From NCBI GenBank assembly GCA_963677595.1, contig OY782041.1, positions 128,001-192,000 on the forward strand: a stretch of 64,000 nucleotides of DNA. The letters are read 5' to 3'. Shown piece after piece: positions 19,284-29,230 of the stretch. The number at the start of each line of letters is the position of its first letter. Position 1 is the first letter of the stretch. This DNA is from Spirochaetia bacterium (GTDB lineage: Bacteria > Spirochaetota > Spirochaetia > CAKZLE01). The notes below the pieces were generated by a model that saw only the letters and a list, made by a program, of their open reading frames with translations, had not been told where the DNA came from and ran no database searches. The translations under genes were made by a program, and so were the position numbers.

Positions 19284-19934
19284 CTAGAGGGTGGTCAGCC
19301 CCATACGCAGTGCGTACTTGGTGAGTCCTGCGATCGAGTGCACATCCAGCTTGGACTGGATCTTCTTCCGGTGGACATCTACCGTGCTCACCGAGATGTC
19401 CAACTTGAAGGATATCTCCTTCGAGGTCATGCCCCGACTGAGGAACTGCAGAACCTCCCGTTCTCGCCGGGTGAGCGGGACCGTCGGGAACCTCTGATTC
19501 CCTGCTTTGTAGATCCGTTCTTCCGCGACGTAGGACGGCAGATACACCGCTCCCTCGAACTGCGCCAGCAGCGCCTGCTCGAACTCCTTGAACGATGCCT
19601 TCTCGAAGAGGAATCCGTTGATTCCATGATCATGGTACATGTCGATCATCATCTCATGATGCTCCTCAATGAGGATCATCGTGCGGATCGCGCACCCGGA
19701 GATGGGGCCGTCCTCCTTCCCCAGCAGCTTAAGAAACTGCTTACATCGTGATGCGGTCTCGAGGAGCGCTGAGGATATGATGATGATGGCAGACTGTACA
19801 TTGAGCTGGCTTTCAGCCAATGCATCCAGATCTTCATAGTAGGCGACAACCTGGAATTCTCCAGATTCTTTGATGAGCCTGAACAGCCCTTCACTAAGCA
19901 GTGACCTGCTCTTTATAAAGATAATGTTTTTCAT
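19284..19934 (-). CDS. LuxR/NarL-family regulator with degenerate receiver domain (paralog 1)
   Basis: LTRREREVL...GMTSKEIS.KLDISVSTVDVHRKKIQSKL HTH; receiver-like N-terminus lacking the Asp residues. Confidence 0.9.
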   Translation of the reverse strand: MKNIIFIKSRSLLSEGLFRLIKESGEFQVVAYYEDLDALAESQLNVQSAIIIISSALLETASRCKQFLKLLGKEDGPISGCAIRTMILIEEHHEMMIDMYHDHGINGFLFEKASFKEFEQALLAQFEGAVYLPSYVAEERIYKAGNQRFPTVPLTRREREVLQFLSRGMTSKEISFKLDISVSTVDVHRKKIQSKLDVHSIAGLTKYALRMGLTTL

Positions 19935-20006
19935 ATTAGTATTAACCTTTTATTTGTTTGATTTGATTTAAAAATTCTGATCGAATCTTTGTTTTTTTAG
20001 GTTCAT

Positions 20007-20222
20007 CGGGAAAACAGCGGGTGTATCTTATTCCTCCTCATCCTATGCTGCCATCCCTTCCCTCCGAGCTGGTCGACCAGCCCGGTATCAATGATCACCC
20101 GGCGGCATCAGCCGCCAGGTCCCATATTCTTCTTGCCACCTGTGGGAGGGAGCAGGTATCTCCTTTACCTCCTGACACCTGCTGTCCTCCCGTTCATGGA
20201 TTTTCGAACAATTCCTATTCTT
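20007..20222 (-). ncRNA. Conserved structured non-coding element downstream of LuxR-2 (copy 2 of 3)
   Basis: Clear alignment to 19062-19283 with the stems preserved. Confidence 0.55.
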
Positions 20223-20876
20223 CTAGAGTGTGGCCAGTCCCATGCGCAGTGCGTACATGGTGAGTCCTGCGATCGAGTGAACATCCAGCCTGGACTGGAG
20301 CTTCTTCCGGCAGTTAATGATCGAGGCCTCCGAGAGGTTCAGCTTGGAACCAATCTCCCTCGAGGTCTTGCCCAGGCTGAGGAGCCGCAGCACCTCCTGT
20401 TCTCGCTCGGTGAGCGGGACCATCGGGAACCTCCGGGGTCCTGCTTTGTAGATCCGTTCTTCCGCGACGTAGGACGGTAGGTATACCGCTCCCTCGAACT
20501 GTGCCCGCAGCGCCTGCTCGAACTCCGTGAACGAGACCTTCTCGAAGAGGAATCCCTTGAATCCCTGGGCATGATACATGTCGATCATTACCTCATGCTG
20601 CTCCTTGATGAGGATCATCGTGCGGATCGAGCACCCGGTGATGGGGCTATCCTTCTTCCCCAGTATCTCAACATACTGCTCACAACGTGATACAGTATTG
20701 AGGATCCTTGAAGATATGATGATGTTGATCGGAGAGCGCACATTGTGCCGGCTTTCAGCGAATGCGTCCAGATCTTCATAGTGTGCGATCATCTGGAATT
20801 CTCCAGATGCTTCGAGGAGCCTGAGCAACCCATCACTGAGCAGTCCCCTGCTTTTTATTAAGATTATGTTTTTCAT
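20223..20876 (-). CDS. LuxR/NarL-family regulator with degenerate receiver domain (paralog 2)
   Basis: Paralog of the flanking genes; start MKNIILIKS at 20876 by alignment. Confidence 0.9.
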   Translation of the reverse strand: MKNIILIKSRGLLSDGLLRLLEASGEFQMIAHYEDLDAFAESRHNVRSPINIIISSRILNTVSRCEQYVEILGKKDSPITGCSIRTMILIKEQHEVMIDMYHAQGFKGFLFEKVSFTEFEQALRAQFEGAVYLPSYVAEERIYKAGPRRFPMVPLTEREQEVLRLLSLGKTSREIGSKLNLSEASIINCRKKLQSRLDVHSIAGLTMYALRMGLATL

Positions 20877-20985
20877 ACTGCTAGTAACCAAGTTTTTTTG
20901 TTGTATTTCCTTTTTTGTGTATCCATCAGGGAAACCCATTCCCCGGGGACTCCCTCCGGCTTCCACAGGTATGTGGCAGCCTTTC

Positions 20986-21206
20986 ATAACGGGAAGACAG
21001 CATGGGTATCTGGTTCCTCCTCGTCCCATGCTGCTATTCCCTTCTCTCCAGGCTGTTCGACCAGCCTGGTATCAATGATCACCTGGCGGCTTCAGCCGCC
21101 AGGTTCCGTATCCTGTTGCCGACTGTGGGAGGGAAGCAGGTATCTCTTTTACCTCCTGACACCTGCTGTCCTCCCGCTCGCGGACTTTCGAACAATTCCT
21201 TTTTCT
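20986..21206 (-). ncRNA. Conserved structured non-coding element downstream of LuxR-3 (copy 3 of 3)
   Basis: Aligns to copies 1 and 2; compensatory stem CCAGGCTG/CAGCCTGG. Confidence 0.55.
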
Positions 21207-21860
21207 CTAGAGTGAGGTCAGCCCCATGCGCAGTGCGTACTTGGTGAGTTCCGCAATCGTGTGCACGTCCAGCTTCGACTGGATCTTCTTCCGATGGACA
21301 TCGACCGTACTTACCGAGATGTCCAGCCTGGAAGATATCGTCCTTGAGGTCATGCCCTGGCTGAGGAACCGCAGTACCTCCTGTTCCCGCTGTGTGAGCG
21401 GGACCATCGGGAACCTCCGGGGCCCTGGTTTGTAGATCCGTTCTTCCGCGACATAAGACGGCAGATATACCGCTCCCTCGAACTGCGCCAGCAGCGCCTG
21501 CTCGAACTCCTTGAACGATGCCTTCTCAAAGAGGAACCCGTTGATTCCCTGTTCATGGTACATGTCGATCATCAACTCGTGATTCTCCTGGATCAGGATC
21601 ATCGTGCGGATAGAGCATCCGGCGAGGGGACCATCCTCCTTCTTCAGCATCTTGAGATACTGCTCACAACGTGATGCGGTATCGAGGATCGCTGAAGATA
21701 TGACGATGATCAGGGGAGAGCGCTCATTGTGCTGGGTTTCAGCCAACGAATCTAGATCTTCATGGTGTGCGACCATCTGGAATTCACCAGATGTCTGGAC
21801 TAGCTCAATTAGTCCCTCCGTTAGGAGTGACTTACTTTTAATTAATAAAAGTTTTTTCAT
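21207..21860 (-). CDS. LuxR/NarL-family regulator with degenerate receiver domain (paralog 3)
   Basis: LTQREQEVL...LDISVSTVDVHRKKIQSKL HTH. Confidence 0.9.
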   Translation of the reverse strand: MKKLLLIKSKSLLTEGLIELVQTSGEFQMVAHHEDLDSLAETQHNERSPLIIVISSAILDTASRCEQYLKMLKKEDGPLAGCSIRTMILIQENHELMIDMYHEQGINGFLFEKASFKEFEQALLAQFEGAVYLPSYVAEERIYKPGPRRFPMVPLTQREQEVLRFLSQGMTSRTISSRLDISVSTVDVHRKKIQSKLDVHTIAELTKYALRMGLTSL

Positions 21861-21922
21861 ACTACTTATAAACAGGTTTGAGGTGGATTTGATTTAAAAA
21901 AAAAGGGCAATTCTTTATTTTT

Positions 21923-22807
21923 TTATTTTTTTTTCGGATCCATCGGAATAAACCCTTCCCCGAGTACTTCCTGGGCACTGGTGATGATCATAAATGCGTC
22001 AGGATCTATCTTCCTCACGGTATTGGTCACCTGGGATATCTTCCTGTTCCGTACCACCATCATGATCATCCGCTTGTCATCGTTACGGTACATACCATGG
22101 GCATCCACGAAGGTTCCCCCATGACCCTGATCGAAGGTAAGGACTTTCTGCAGCTCCTCGTACCGGTCACTGATGATATAGGCCATCTTGGCGTAGTTCG
22201 CTCCGCTGGTCACCATATTGATGAACTGTCCTGTCGTGAAGAGGGTGATGACGGCGAAGAGTGCCTGTTCGATCGAGAACGAGAAGGCAGCTACCGCGAC
22301 GATCGCCCCATCCACGAGGTAGAGGGATGTCCCGAGCGGGAGCCTGCTGTAGTGGTTGATGACCTGCGCGATGATATCGGTCCCGCCGGTATTCGCCCCG
22401 CCCTTCATCGTGATTCCTATCCCCGCCCCGGTCAGGGTCCCGCCGAAGAGGGCAGCGAGCAGGATGTCCGTCCGGTCGCCCGTGGTGAGCAGGCCCTCAT
22501 AGCCGAGGATGTGTCCGAGGACGGTCACGGCAACGGACATCGCGATCGTCCCCCAGAGTGATTTGAGCCCGAACCGGTGGCCGAAGACCAGGATCCCGAG
22601 CCCGAAGATGGGTATGCTCAATGCGAGGATGACGATACCCGGGTCCCACCCGAACCAGTAGTAGGTGATGACCGACAGACCGCTCACCCCTCCCGCAGCT
22701 ATCTTGGCTGGGGCAAGGAACAGGACGAGGCCTGCAGCCGTGACGACCGACCCGATCGTGATCAGGATATAGTCACGCACCTTCCCGGCCAGTTCATCAC
22801 GCTTCAT
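21923..22807 (-). CDS. YitT-family membrane protein
   Basis: IAAGGVSG, GANTGGTDII, IDPDAFMII...EVLGEGF. Confidence 0.92.
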   Translation of the reverse strand: MKRDELAGKVRDYILITIGSVVTAAGLVLFLAPAKIAAGGVSGLSVITYYWFGWDPGIVILALSIPIFGLGILVFGHRFGLKSLWGTIAMSVAVTVLGHILGYEGLLTTGDRTDILLAALFGGTLTGAGIGITMKGGANTGGTDIIAQVINHYSRLPLGTSLYLVDGAIVAVAAFSFSIEQALFAVITLFTTGQFINMVTSGANYAKMAYIISDRYEELQKVLTFDQGHGGTFVDAHGMYRNDDKRMIMMVVRNRKISQVTNTVRKIDPDAFMIITSAQEVLGEGFIPMDPKKK

Positions 22808-23264
22808 CGCCTTCCTCCCGTACCATACGCGTCAAGGTTGCATCGAGCCTGTTGGCAAACGCCTGGGTCTCTTTCTGTGAGAGGGGCTTCGTCTTCTCGA
22901 AATGGAGCCCTGCTTCCCTGAACTCCGTCATCATGTTCCGCAGGGAGAGCCGCTCGGCCATATTCTCCGCAGTGAAGATCCCTCCCCGGTCATCGAGGGC
23001 TGTTGCCCCCTTCTCCACGACCCGTGAAGCCAGGATCACGTCCCGCGTGATCACGAGGTCACGAGCGGTGACCTCCTCGACCACCCGATGATCGGCATGG
23101 TCAGGGCCGGGCTCGACGGTGATCATCGTGATGAAGGGTCCCCTGCAGTCGGGGAGCACACGGTCCGCGATGAAGATTGCCTCGCGCCCTACCCGCCTGG
23201 CGGCTTTCTGGATGATCGCCCTGACATTCCTCGGACAGGAGTCTGCATCTATGATGATCCTCAT
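22797..23264 (-). CDS. YaiI/YqxD (DUF188) family protein
   Basis: IDADSCP, DHAD, VITRDVILA, FANRLD. Confidence 0.9.
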   Translation of the reverse strand: MRIIIDADSCPRNVRAIIQKAARRVGREAIFIADRVLPDCRGPFITMITVEPGPDHADHRVVEEVTARDLVITRDVILASRVVEKGATALDDRGGIFTAENMAERLSLRNMMTEFREAGLHFEKTKPLSQKETQAFANRLDATLTRMVREEGDEA

Positions 23265-24448
23265 GGCTGCGGGACTCCTGCAAGGAAGAGCCTGCCCTCA
23301 CAGGTTATCCGGTAGTCTGAGACCGATGCGGGGATCAGGAAGCAGCTGCCTGCAGCCGCCTCGACGGTGCCGTCATCACAGGTGATGACCGAGGTCCCCT
23401 CGGTCTGGATGACCATCTCGATGCTGTCATGGCCGGTGAAGCCGCAATCCGCATGATCGACCACCTGAAGGATGAACTCAGAAGCGGGGGTATCATAGAC
23501 GAGGGACCCGTTACCGGTTTCGGAAGGCAGGGCCTTCTGTTTATCGACATGGTTGAATCCCACGATCTCGAGCAGCTCCTCGGTATCGATATGCTTCGGG
23601 GTGAGCCCGCCGCGGAGGACGTTGTCGCTGCTGGCCATGAGTTCCACCCCGATCCCGTCCACATAGGCATGCAGTTCCCCTGCCGGCTGGTAGAGGGCCT
23701 CCCCGGGGGCGAGCTCCAATACATTGAGGTAGAGCGGCGAGAGCACAGAGGGATCATCTGGGTAGATCGAGAGGAACCGCTTCACCAGACGGTATTCCAG
23801 GGAAGCGGCAGGAGACGATGCGATCTCAGCAGCAAGCATCCCCATGAATGCATCACGTTCTGCCCCTGCGAGGGTCAGGACCCGCTTTAGGAGCTCACGG
23901 TAGACCTCTCCCTCAGGCCGTTCCGGATCAAGGATTCCCGACAGGTACGTCCGGGATGTCTCCGGGATGAGGGACTCCAACAGCTGCCCTATCGCCTCTA
24001 CTGTCCTGAACCCGCACATGGCGATCGACGGGCTCAGGGCACAGAAGATCTCAGGCTTGTGATTCGTATCCTTGTAATTCCTCACAGGTGAGGTGTGCGG
24101 GACTCCCGCAGCCTCCTCCCTGGCATACCCGGCAGCAGCCTGAGCCTTCGAGGGATGACACTGGATCGACAGCGGGGCCGCGATCGCAAGGATCTTGAAG
24201 AGGTACGGCAGCTCATCGCATCCTGCCCCGAGGGTTGTTTCAGGCTCCCGGGTTATCAGCTCAGCCATGGGTTGTGAGGTCCCGTCATCACCCAGGACAC
24301 GGGTCATGCCGTTCGCATGGGCGCCGAGCCACATCTCTGCCCAGGGGCCTGCCCCGACAGCTTCCGGGTGGTGCGTGAACTCCTGCAGCCAGCTCGAATG
24401 GCCCCAGGCATAGCCCTGGATATATGGTTCCAATCGTTGAATCTTCAT
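23261..24448 (-). CDS. manA: Mannose-6-phosphate isomerase, class I
   Basis: YAWG, AEMWLGAH, LPYLFKIL, LSIQCHP, YKDTNHKPE, HAY, ELMASSDNVLRGGLTPK. Confidence 0.96.
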   Translation of the reverse strand: MKIQRLEPYIQGYAWGHSSWLQEFTHHPEAVGAGPWAEMWLGAHANGMTRVLGDDGTSQPMAELITREPETTLGAGCDELPYLFKILAIAAPLSIQCHPSKAQAAAGYAREEAAGVPHTSPVRNYKDTNHKPEIFCALSPSIAMCGFRTVEAIGQLLESLIPETSRTYLSGILDPERPEGEVYRELLKRVLTLAGAERDAFMGMLAAEIASSPAASLEYRLVKRFLSIYPDDPSVLSPLYLNVLELAPGEALYQPAGELHAYVDGIGVELMASSDNVLRGGLTPKHIDTEELLEIVGFNHVDKQKALPSETGNGSLVYDTPASEFILQVVDHADCGFTGHDSIEMVIQTEGTSVITCDDGTVEAAAGSCFLIPASVSDYRITCEGRLFLAGVPQP

Positions 24449-24454
24449 GGCGTC

Positions 24455-24483
24455 AGTCTATAACCACAGCATGAAATCGTCAA
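24455..24483 (-). promoter_or_regulatory. Sigma70 promoter of manA, probably leaderless
   Basis: TTGACG-17 bp-TAGACT, ending 6 nt before the ATG; no SD. Confidence 0.65.
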
Positions 24484-24639
24484 TGTCTTTAGATGTTTCG
24501 GTTTTCAGATGCTTCCGGCAAACTTGTATTTTTATCGGATTACCGCTATAAAGTAAGGTATATAACCCAACAGGCAGCACGTAATACGTGCTCATGTATG
24601 ACAATATACGCCTGTCACCATACATTCAAGGAGAATCGC

Positions 24640-26295
24640 ATGCAATATTCCCCCCTACAAAAAGCACGATATGAGTACCAGCCGAAGCTCCCGAAGATCC
24701 TTCGGGAAGAGATCAGTACTATCGTACCGGTCTTCGGTGAGGCAACCGAGTCAGAGTCCGACCAGGAACAGCTCAAGACCCTCTTTCCCGGGACCTACGG
24801 GATGCCGAAGGTCTCATTCGCTTCCGGCGCAAATGAGACGATCGGCAGGAAGCTGACCATCGGTGTAGTCCTCTCTGGAGGACAGGCTCCCGGAGGCCAC
24901 AACGTCATCTCAGGGCTCTATGATGCCGTGAAGAAGGCGAACCCTGCTTCCCGCGTTCTCGGCTTCAAGGGCGGACCGTCAGGTATCCTCAACGGCGACA
25001 TCCTCGAGATCACGGATGAGTACATGAACGAGTACCGGAACACCGGCGGGTTCGACATCATCGGGTCCGGGAGGACGAAGCTCGAGTCTGAGGAGCAGTT
25101 CGAGATCTGTGAGAAGGTCTGCAAGGAGCTCGAGGTAGATGCTATCCTCATCATCGGCGGGGATGACTCCAATACCAACGCTGCAGTCCTTGCTGAGTTC
25201 TTCAAGAGCAGGAACTCCGGCATCGCCGTCATCGGCGCACCGAAGACCATCGACGGTGACCTGAAGAACGAGTCCATCGAGGTCTCCTTCGGGTTCGACA
25301 CGGCAACAAAGACCTATTCTGAACTGATCGGGAATATCGAGCGTGATGCCAATTCAGCGAAGAAGTACTGGCACTTCATCAAGCTCATGGGCCGGAGCGC
25401 TTCCCACATCGCACTGGAGTGTGCACTGCAGACACAGCCGACCGCATGCCTCATCTCCGAGGAGGTCGCCGAGAACAGCACTACCCTCACCGAGATCGTC
25501 GACGACCTCGTGAAGAAGATCGTCTACCGGGCAGAGAACGGTGAGAACTTCGGCGTCGTGCTCGTACCGGAAGGCCTGATCGAATTCATCCCCGAGATGA
25601 AACTCCTGATCGCCGAACTCAATGACCTCATGGCTGCCCATGCGGACTTCTTCCAGACCCTGAACACCTTCGAGGACCAGGCTGACTGGGTGAACAAGAA
25701 CCTCTCGAAGGACTCTTCCTACGCCTTCTCCTCCCTGCCGAACAACATCCAGCGACAGCTGCTCATGGACCGGGACCCCCACGGGAACGTCCAGGTATCA
25801 AGAATCGAGACAGAGAAGCTGCTCATCGAGATGATCGAGCTGAAACTGAAGGAACTGAAGAGTGAGGGGAAATACAACGGCAAGTTCAGCTCACAGAGTC
25901 ACTTCTTCGGGTATGAAGGACGATGTGCCTTCCCCTCCAACTTCGACTCAGACTACTGTTACTCACTCGGGTTCAACGCATTCATGCTCGTTGCAGCCGG
26001 GCTTACCGGCTACATCTCATCGATCACCAACCTCTCAGCACCCGCTGACCAGTGGAAAGCTGGAGGGATCCCGGTGACCATGATGATGAACCTCGAACAG
26101 CGGCACGGCGAGATGAAGCCGGTCATCAAGAAAGCCCTCGTGGAACTTGACGGCAAGCCGTTCATGACCTTCGCGAACAACCGGGAAGCATGGTACAAGA
26201 CCACCTCCTTCACCTTCCCCGGTGCTATCCAGTACTACGGGCCGGATGAGGTCTGCAACCTGCCGACTGTCACCCTGAAACTCGAGCACGAATAG
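24640..26295 (+). CDS. pfp: PPi-dependent phosphofructokinase
   Basis: [18 protein letters not shown] (PPi-type), PKTIDGD, MGRSASH, FGYEGR; AAGGAG SD. Confidence 0.97.
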   Translation: MQYSPLQKARYEYQPKLPKILREEISTIVPVFGEATESESDQEQLKTLFPGTYGMPKVSFASGANETIGRKLTIGVVLSGGQAPGGHNVISGLYDAVKKANPASRVLGFKGGPSGILNGDILEITDEYMNEYRNTGGFDIIGSGRTKLESEEQFEICEKVCKELEVDAILIIGGDDSNTNAAVLAEFFKSRNSGIAVIGAPKTIDGDLKNESIEVSFGFDTATKTYSELIGNIERDANSAKKYWHFIKLMGRSASHIALECALQTQPTACLISEEVAENSTTLTEIVDDLVKKIVYRAENGENFGVVLVPEGLIEFIPEMKLLIAELNDLMAAHADFFQTLNTFEDQADWVNKNLSKDSSYAFSSLPNNIQRQLLMDRDPHGNVQVSRIETEKLLIEMIELKLKELKSEGKYNGKFSSQSHFFGYEGRCAFPSNFDSDYCYSLGFNAFMLVAAGLTGYISSITNLSAPADQWKAGGIPVTMMMNLEQRHGEMKPVIKKALVELDGKPFMTFANNREAWYKTTSFTFPGAIQYYGPDEVCNLPTVTLKLEHE

Positions 26296-26307
26296 GTTTC
26301 AGATTTT

Positions 26308-26351
26308 CAAAAAAAATACTGCAGTTCTTACGTTCTGCAGTATTTTTTTTG
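26308..26351. terminator. Bidirectional terminator between pfp and deoD
   Basis: AAAAAAAATACTGCAG-loop-CTGCAGTATTTTTTTT. Confidence 0.85.
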
Positions 26352-26363
26352 TTCTGGTGGTTC

Positions 26364-27080
26364 TTATTCAGCCATCTCGAGGGCGATCCGCATCATGCTG
26401 GTGAAGGCAGTCTGCCGCTCCTCGCTGGTGGTCCTCTCATGGGTGACCAGGGAATCAGAGACGGTACAGATGCAGGAAGCCTGCTTGCCGGTAGCCTGGG
26501 CGGTCGAGAAGAGGGCGAAGGCTTCCATCTCCACAGCTATGCACCCATGTTCATTATGGGCATCCCTGAAGTCGAACCCGTCCTCCCGATAGAAGACGTC
26601 TGAGGAGTGGATGCACCCCCGGCGGATCGGGATCGCGAGTTCTGCGGCATAGCCTGCAAGCTGGTCATTGAGTTCGAGCGAGGCCTCGAGCGTATCGCCG
26701 GCATAGCCGGTCTGGGTACGGGCGAACGAGGATTCCGACCATGCAGCATCGGCCAGGATCACGTCGTAGAGCTTCACATCGGGGCTATACGAGCCGCAGG
26801 AACCGATCCGTATGATATTCTCCACATCATAGAACTTGAAGAGCTCATAGGAGTATATACCGATGCTCGGCATCCCCATCCCCGAGCTGATCACGGAGAT
26901 CCTCCTGTTCTTATAGGTCCCGGTATACCCGAGGCAGTTGCGTATGCTGTTGACCTGTACCGGGTCCGTCAGGAAGTTCTCTGCGATGAACTTCGCCCTC
27001 AGCGGGTCCCCCGGCATCAGGACGGTCTTCGCGACATCATCGGTCGACTTCATCTGCAGGTGCGGTGTAGGTATGCTCAT
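26364..27080 (-). CDS. deoD: Purine nucleoside phosphorylase (hexameric DeoD type)
   Basis: PTPH, MPGDPLRAK, GMGMPSIGIY, IIRIGSCG, VEMEA, TVSD. Confidence 0.97.
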   Translation of the reverse strand: MSIPTPHLQMKSTDDVAKTVLMPGDPLRAKFIAENFLTDPVQVNSIRNCLGYTGTYKNRRISVISSGMGMPSIGIYSYELFKFYDVENIIRIGSCGSYSPDVKLYDVILADAAWSESSFARTQTGYAGDTLEASLELNDQLAGYAAELAIPIRRGCIHSSDVFYREDGFDFRDAHNEHGCIAVEMEAFALFSTAQATGKQASCICTVSDSLVTHERTTSEERQTAFTSMMRIALEMAE

Positions 27081-27098
27081 GTATCTTTCTCCTCTATC

Positions 27099-28274
27099 TC
27101 AATATGCTGTGCCGCTTCTCATCGGCTTCACGCCGAAGTAGGAGCAGAGGCTCTGCGAGAGGTCGGCGAAACTTTCGCGGACCCCGACGTTCCTTACTGG
27201 CTGCCCCTTCTCATACCATAGCACAGGAACGTACTCCCGTGTATGGTCAGTTCCCCTGAAGGTGGGGTCGCAGCCGTGATCACCGGTGACGATGAGGAGA
27301 TCTCCCTCCTCTAGTTCCTCCATCAGGGTACCGAGCGCCTCATCGACCTGATTCACCGCCTCGGCATAGCCGGGGACGTCACGACGGTGCCCGTAGAGCA
27401 TGTCGGTATCGACGAGGTTGACGAAGACGAAGGTATCTTCATCAAATGACTCTTTAGCAAGCGCAACCATCCGCTCGATGCATGCCGGGTTGCCGGCATC
27501 ATGGAAGGAGTCGGTGATGCCCGACTCGTTGAAGATAGAGCCGATCTTCCCCACGGCCTGGGTCCGGATCCCTGCTTCCTGCAGGTGGTCGAGGATGCTC
27601 TGCTCAGGCAGCGCTATGCTGTAGTCATGCCGGTCACCGGTCCTGGTGTACGACCCTGCCTCCCCGATGAACGGCCTGGCGATGACCCTGCCGACCTGGT
27701 AGGCATCACAAAGGTCCCTCGCGATCTCACACTGGCGGTAAAGCTCAGGTAAGGGGATCACGGCATTGTTCGCAGCGATCTGGAAGACCGAGTCGGCCGA
27801 GGTGTAGCAGATCGGCCAGCCGGTTCGCTCATGCTCCTCCCCGAGTTCCGCGATGATCGCAGTACCGGAAGCAGCCTTGTTCCCGAGGATCCCCCCCACA
27901 CCGGCACGTTCGCAGAAATCGCTCACGAGTGCTTCCGGGAACGAGGGGTATTCCTGGTTGAAGACCGAGAAGGGTTCGGCAAGCACGATACCCGCCATCT
28001 CCCAGTGCCCGGTGGTGGTATCCTTCCCGGGCGAGCGTTCAGCCATGATCCCATAACTGGCAAGCGGGGACTCGACCGATTCACAGCCGGGGAGTTCCCC
28101 TTCGGCAAGGAGGGAGACGTTCCCCAGCCCCAGCCTCTTAAGGTTCGGCCACTTCACGGCCGCCTGCTCACAGATATGCTTCGCCGTGTTGGCCCCGCTA
28201 TCCCCATAATGATCGGCATCGGGCAATGCCCCGATCCCGAAGCTGTCGATGACGACGATCATCGCTTTTCTCAT
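27099..28274 (-). CDS. deoB: Phosphopentomutase
   Basis: DSFGIG, GKDTTTGHWE, YTSADSVFQIA, RVIARPF, YGHRRD, GDHGCDPT..TDHTRE. Confidence 0.97.
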   Translation of the reverse strand: MRKAMIVVIDSFGIGALPDADHYGDSGANTAKHICEQAAVKWPNLKRLGLGNVSLLAEGELPGCESVESPLASYGIMAERSPGKDTTTGHWEMAGIVLAEPFSVFNQEYPSFPEALVSDFCERAGVGGILGNKAASGTAIIAELGEEHERTGWPICYTSADSVFQIAANNAVIPLPELYRQCEIARDLCDAYQVGRVIARPFIGEAGSYTRTGDRHDYSIALPEQSILDHLQEAGIRTQAVGKIGSIFNESGITDSFHDAGNPACIERMVALAKESFDEDTFVFVNLVDTDMLYGHRRDVPGYAEAVNQVDEALGTLMEELEEGDLLIVTGDHGCDPTFRGTDHTREYVPVLWYEKGQPVRNVGVRESFADLSQSLCSYFGVKPMRSGTAY

Positions 28275-28449
28275 ATACACATGCTCCAATTCAGGTATCT
28301 GCAGTCTCCCTGCAGGCTCCCGTACTATCAAACATACTGCTCTTTCCCGTAAAAGATAAGGAAAATGATCATAGAAGTCAGCTATCATGGTAGTATACCA
28401 TAAAATCCGGCTGGTCACAGGTGGAATCAGACTCATATCTTCGTTCTGC

Positions 28450-29136
28450 TTAGTACTCTTCCCTCACTTCCATCGCCAGGTTATCGCAGATCGCCGACAG
28501 CGAGGAGTAGCCGTTCCCCAGTCTGTCAGCACCCATGTCGATATATCGTTTTGCCTGGGCATAGTCTCGTATCCCGCCAGAGGGCTTCACCTTGATTCGT
28601 CCTTTGGCAGTATCCAGCATCACCTGCACGACCTCTTCTGTCGCCCCTCCTGAGGAGAAGCCGGTTGAAGTCTTGATGAAATCAGCGTTAGCCCTGACAG
28701 CTGCCTCCGTCGCGGCTGCTACTTCCTCCAGGGTCAGCATACAGGATTCTACGATCACCTTCACAGGGACTCCTGCCGGTTTCGCGACATCAGTAACGCA
28801 GCGTATATCTTGTTCCACCAGGTCCCAAAGACCTGACCTGATAAACCCATAGTTCGTGACCATATCGATCTCCATGACTCCCTTGGCTATGTACGCTTCA
28901 GCCTCAAGGGCTTTCACCTCACTCAGCCCGCATCCATGTGGGAATCCGAGTACCACCGATACCCCGGTATCTGTTCCCTCACACATCCCGACAGCCAAAT
29001 CGATATCACAGGGCCTGACGCATACCGTCTTCACATGGTAATCGATTGCCATGTGAATAGCTTCTCTAGCTTCTTCTCTCTTCATTTCCGGCTTCAGTAC
29101 TGCCGCATCCAGATATCTGCAGATGGCTTTCCCCAT
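28450..29136 (-). CDS. deoC: Deoxyribose-phosphate aldolase
   Basis: GFPHG, EIDMV, KVIVE, FIKTSTGF, VKPSGGIR; GGAG SD before ATG 29136. Confidence 0.93.
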   Translation of the reverse strand: MGKAICRYLDAAVLKPEMKREEAREAIHMAIDYHVKTVCVRPCDIDLAVGMCEGTDTGVSVVLGFPHGCGLSEVKALEAEAYIAKGVMEIDMVTNYGFIRSGLWDLVEQDIRCVTDVAKPAGVPVKVIVESCMLTLEEVAAATEAAVRANADFIKTSTGFSSGGATEEVVQVMLDTAKGRIKVKPSGGIRDYAQAKRYIDMGADRLGNGYSSLSAICDNLAMEVREEY

Positions 29137-29230
29137 TTCTCTCTCCTTCTCACATAGGTATACTTGGGTTACATGACCCTGTAGAGTCACGAAAATTCTG
29201 AGTTTCTTTCTGTTGCTGATTATAGAAATT

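Noticed and set aside
20877-21029. 51-aa N-terminal extension of LuxR-2 in the ORF track
   Set aside because: The paralogs start at MK(N/K), and the extension runs through the AT-rich promoter and RNA repeat
19062-21206. The triplicated block as a CRISPR array or a conserved small ORF
   Set aside because: The units are ~215 nt and separated by genes. Candidate ATGs in copy 1 are ATA or TTG in the other copies, and indels break the frames
24640-26295. PPi-PFK (and the eukaryote-type hexokinase at 62046-63353) as unusual transfers
   Set aside because: Both enzyme types are already known from spirochaetes, and their codon usage is host-like
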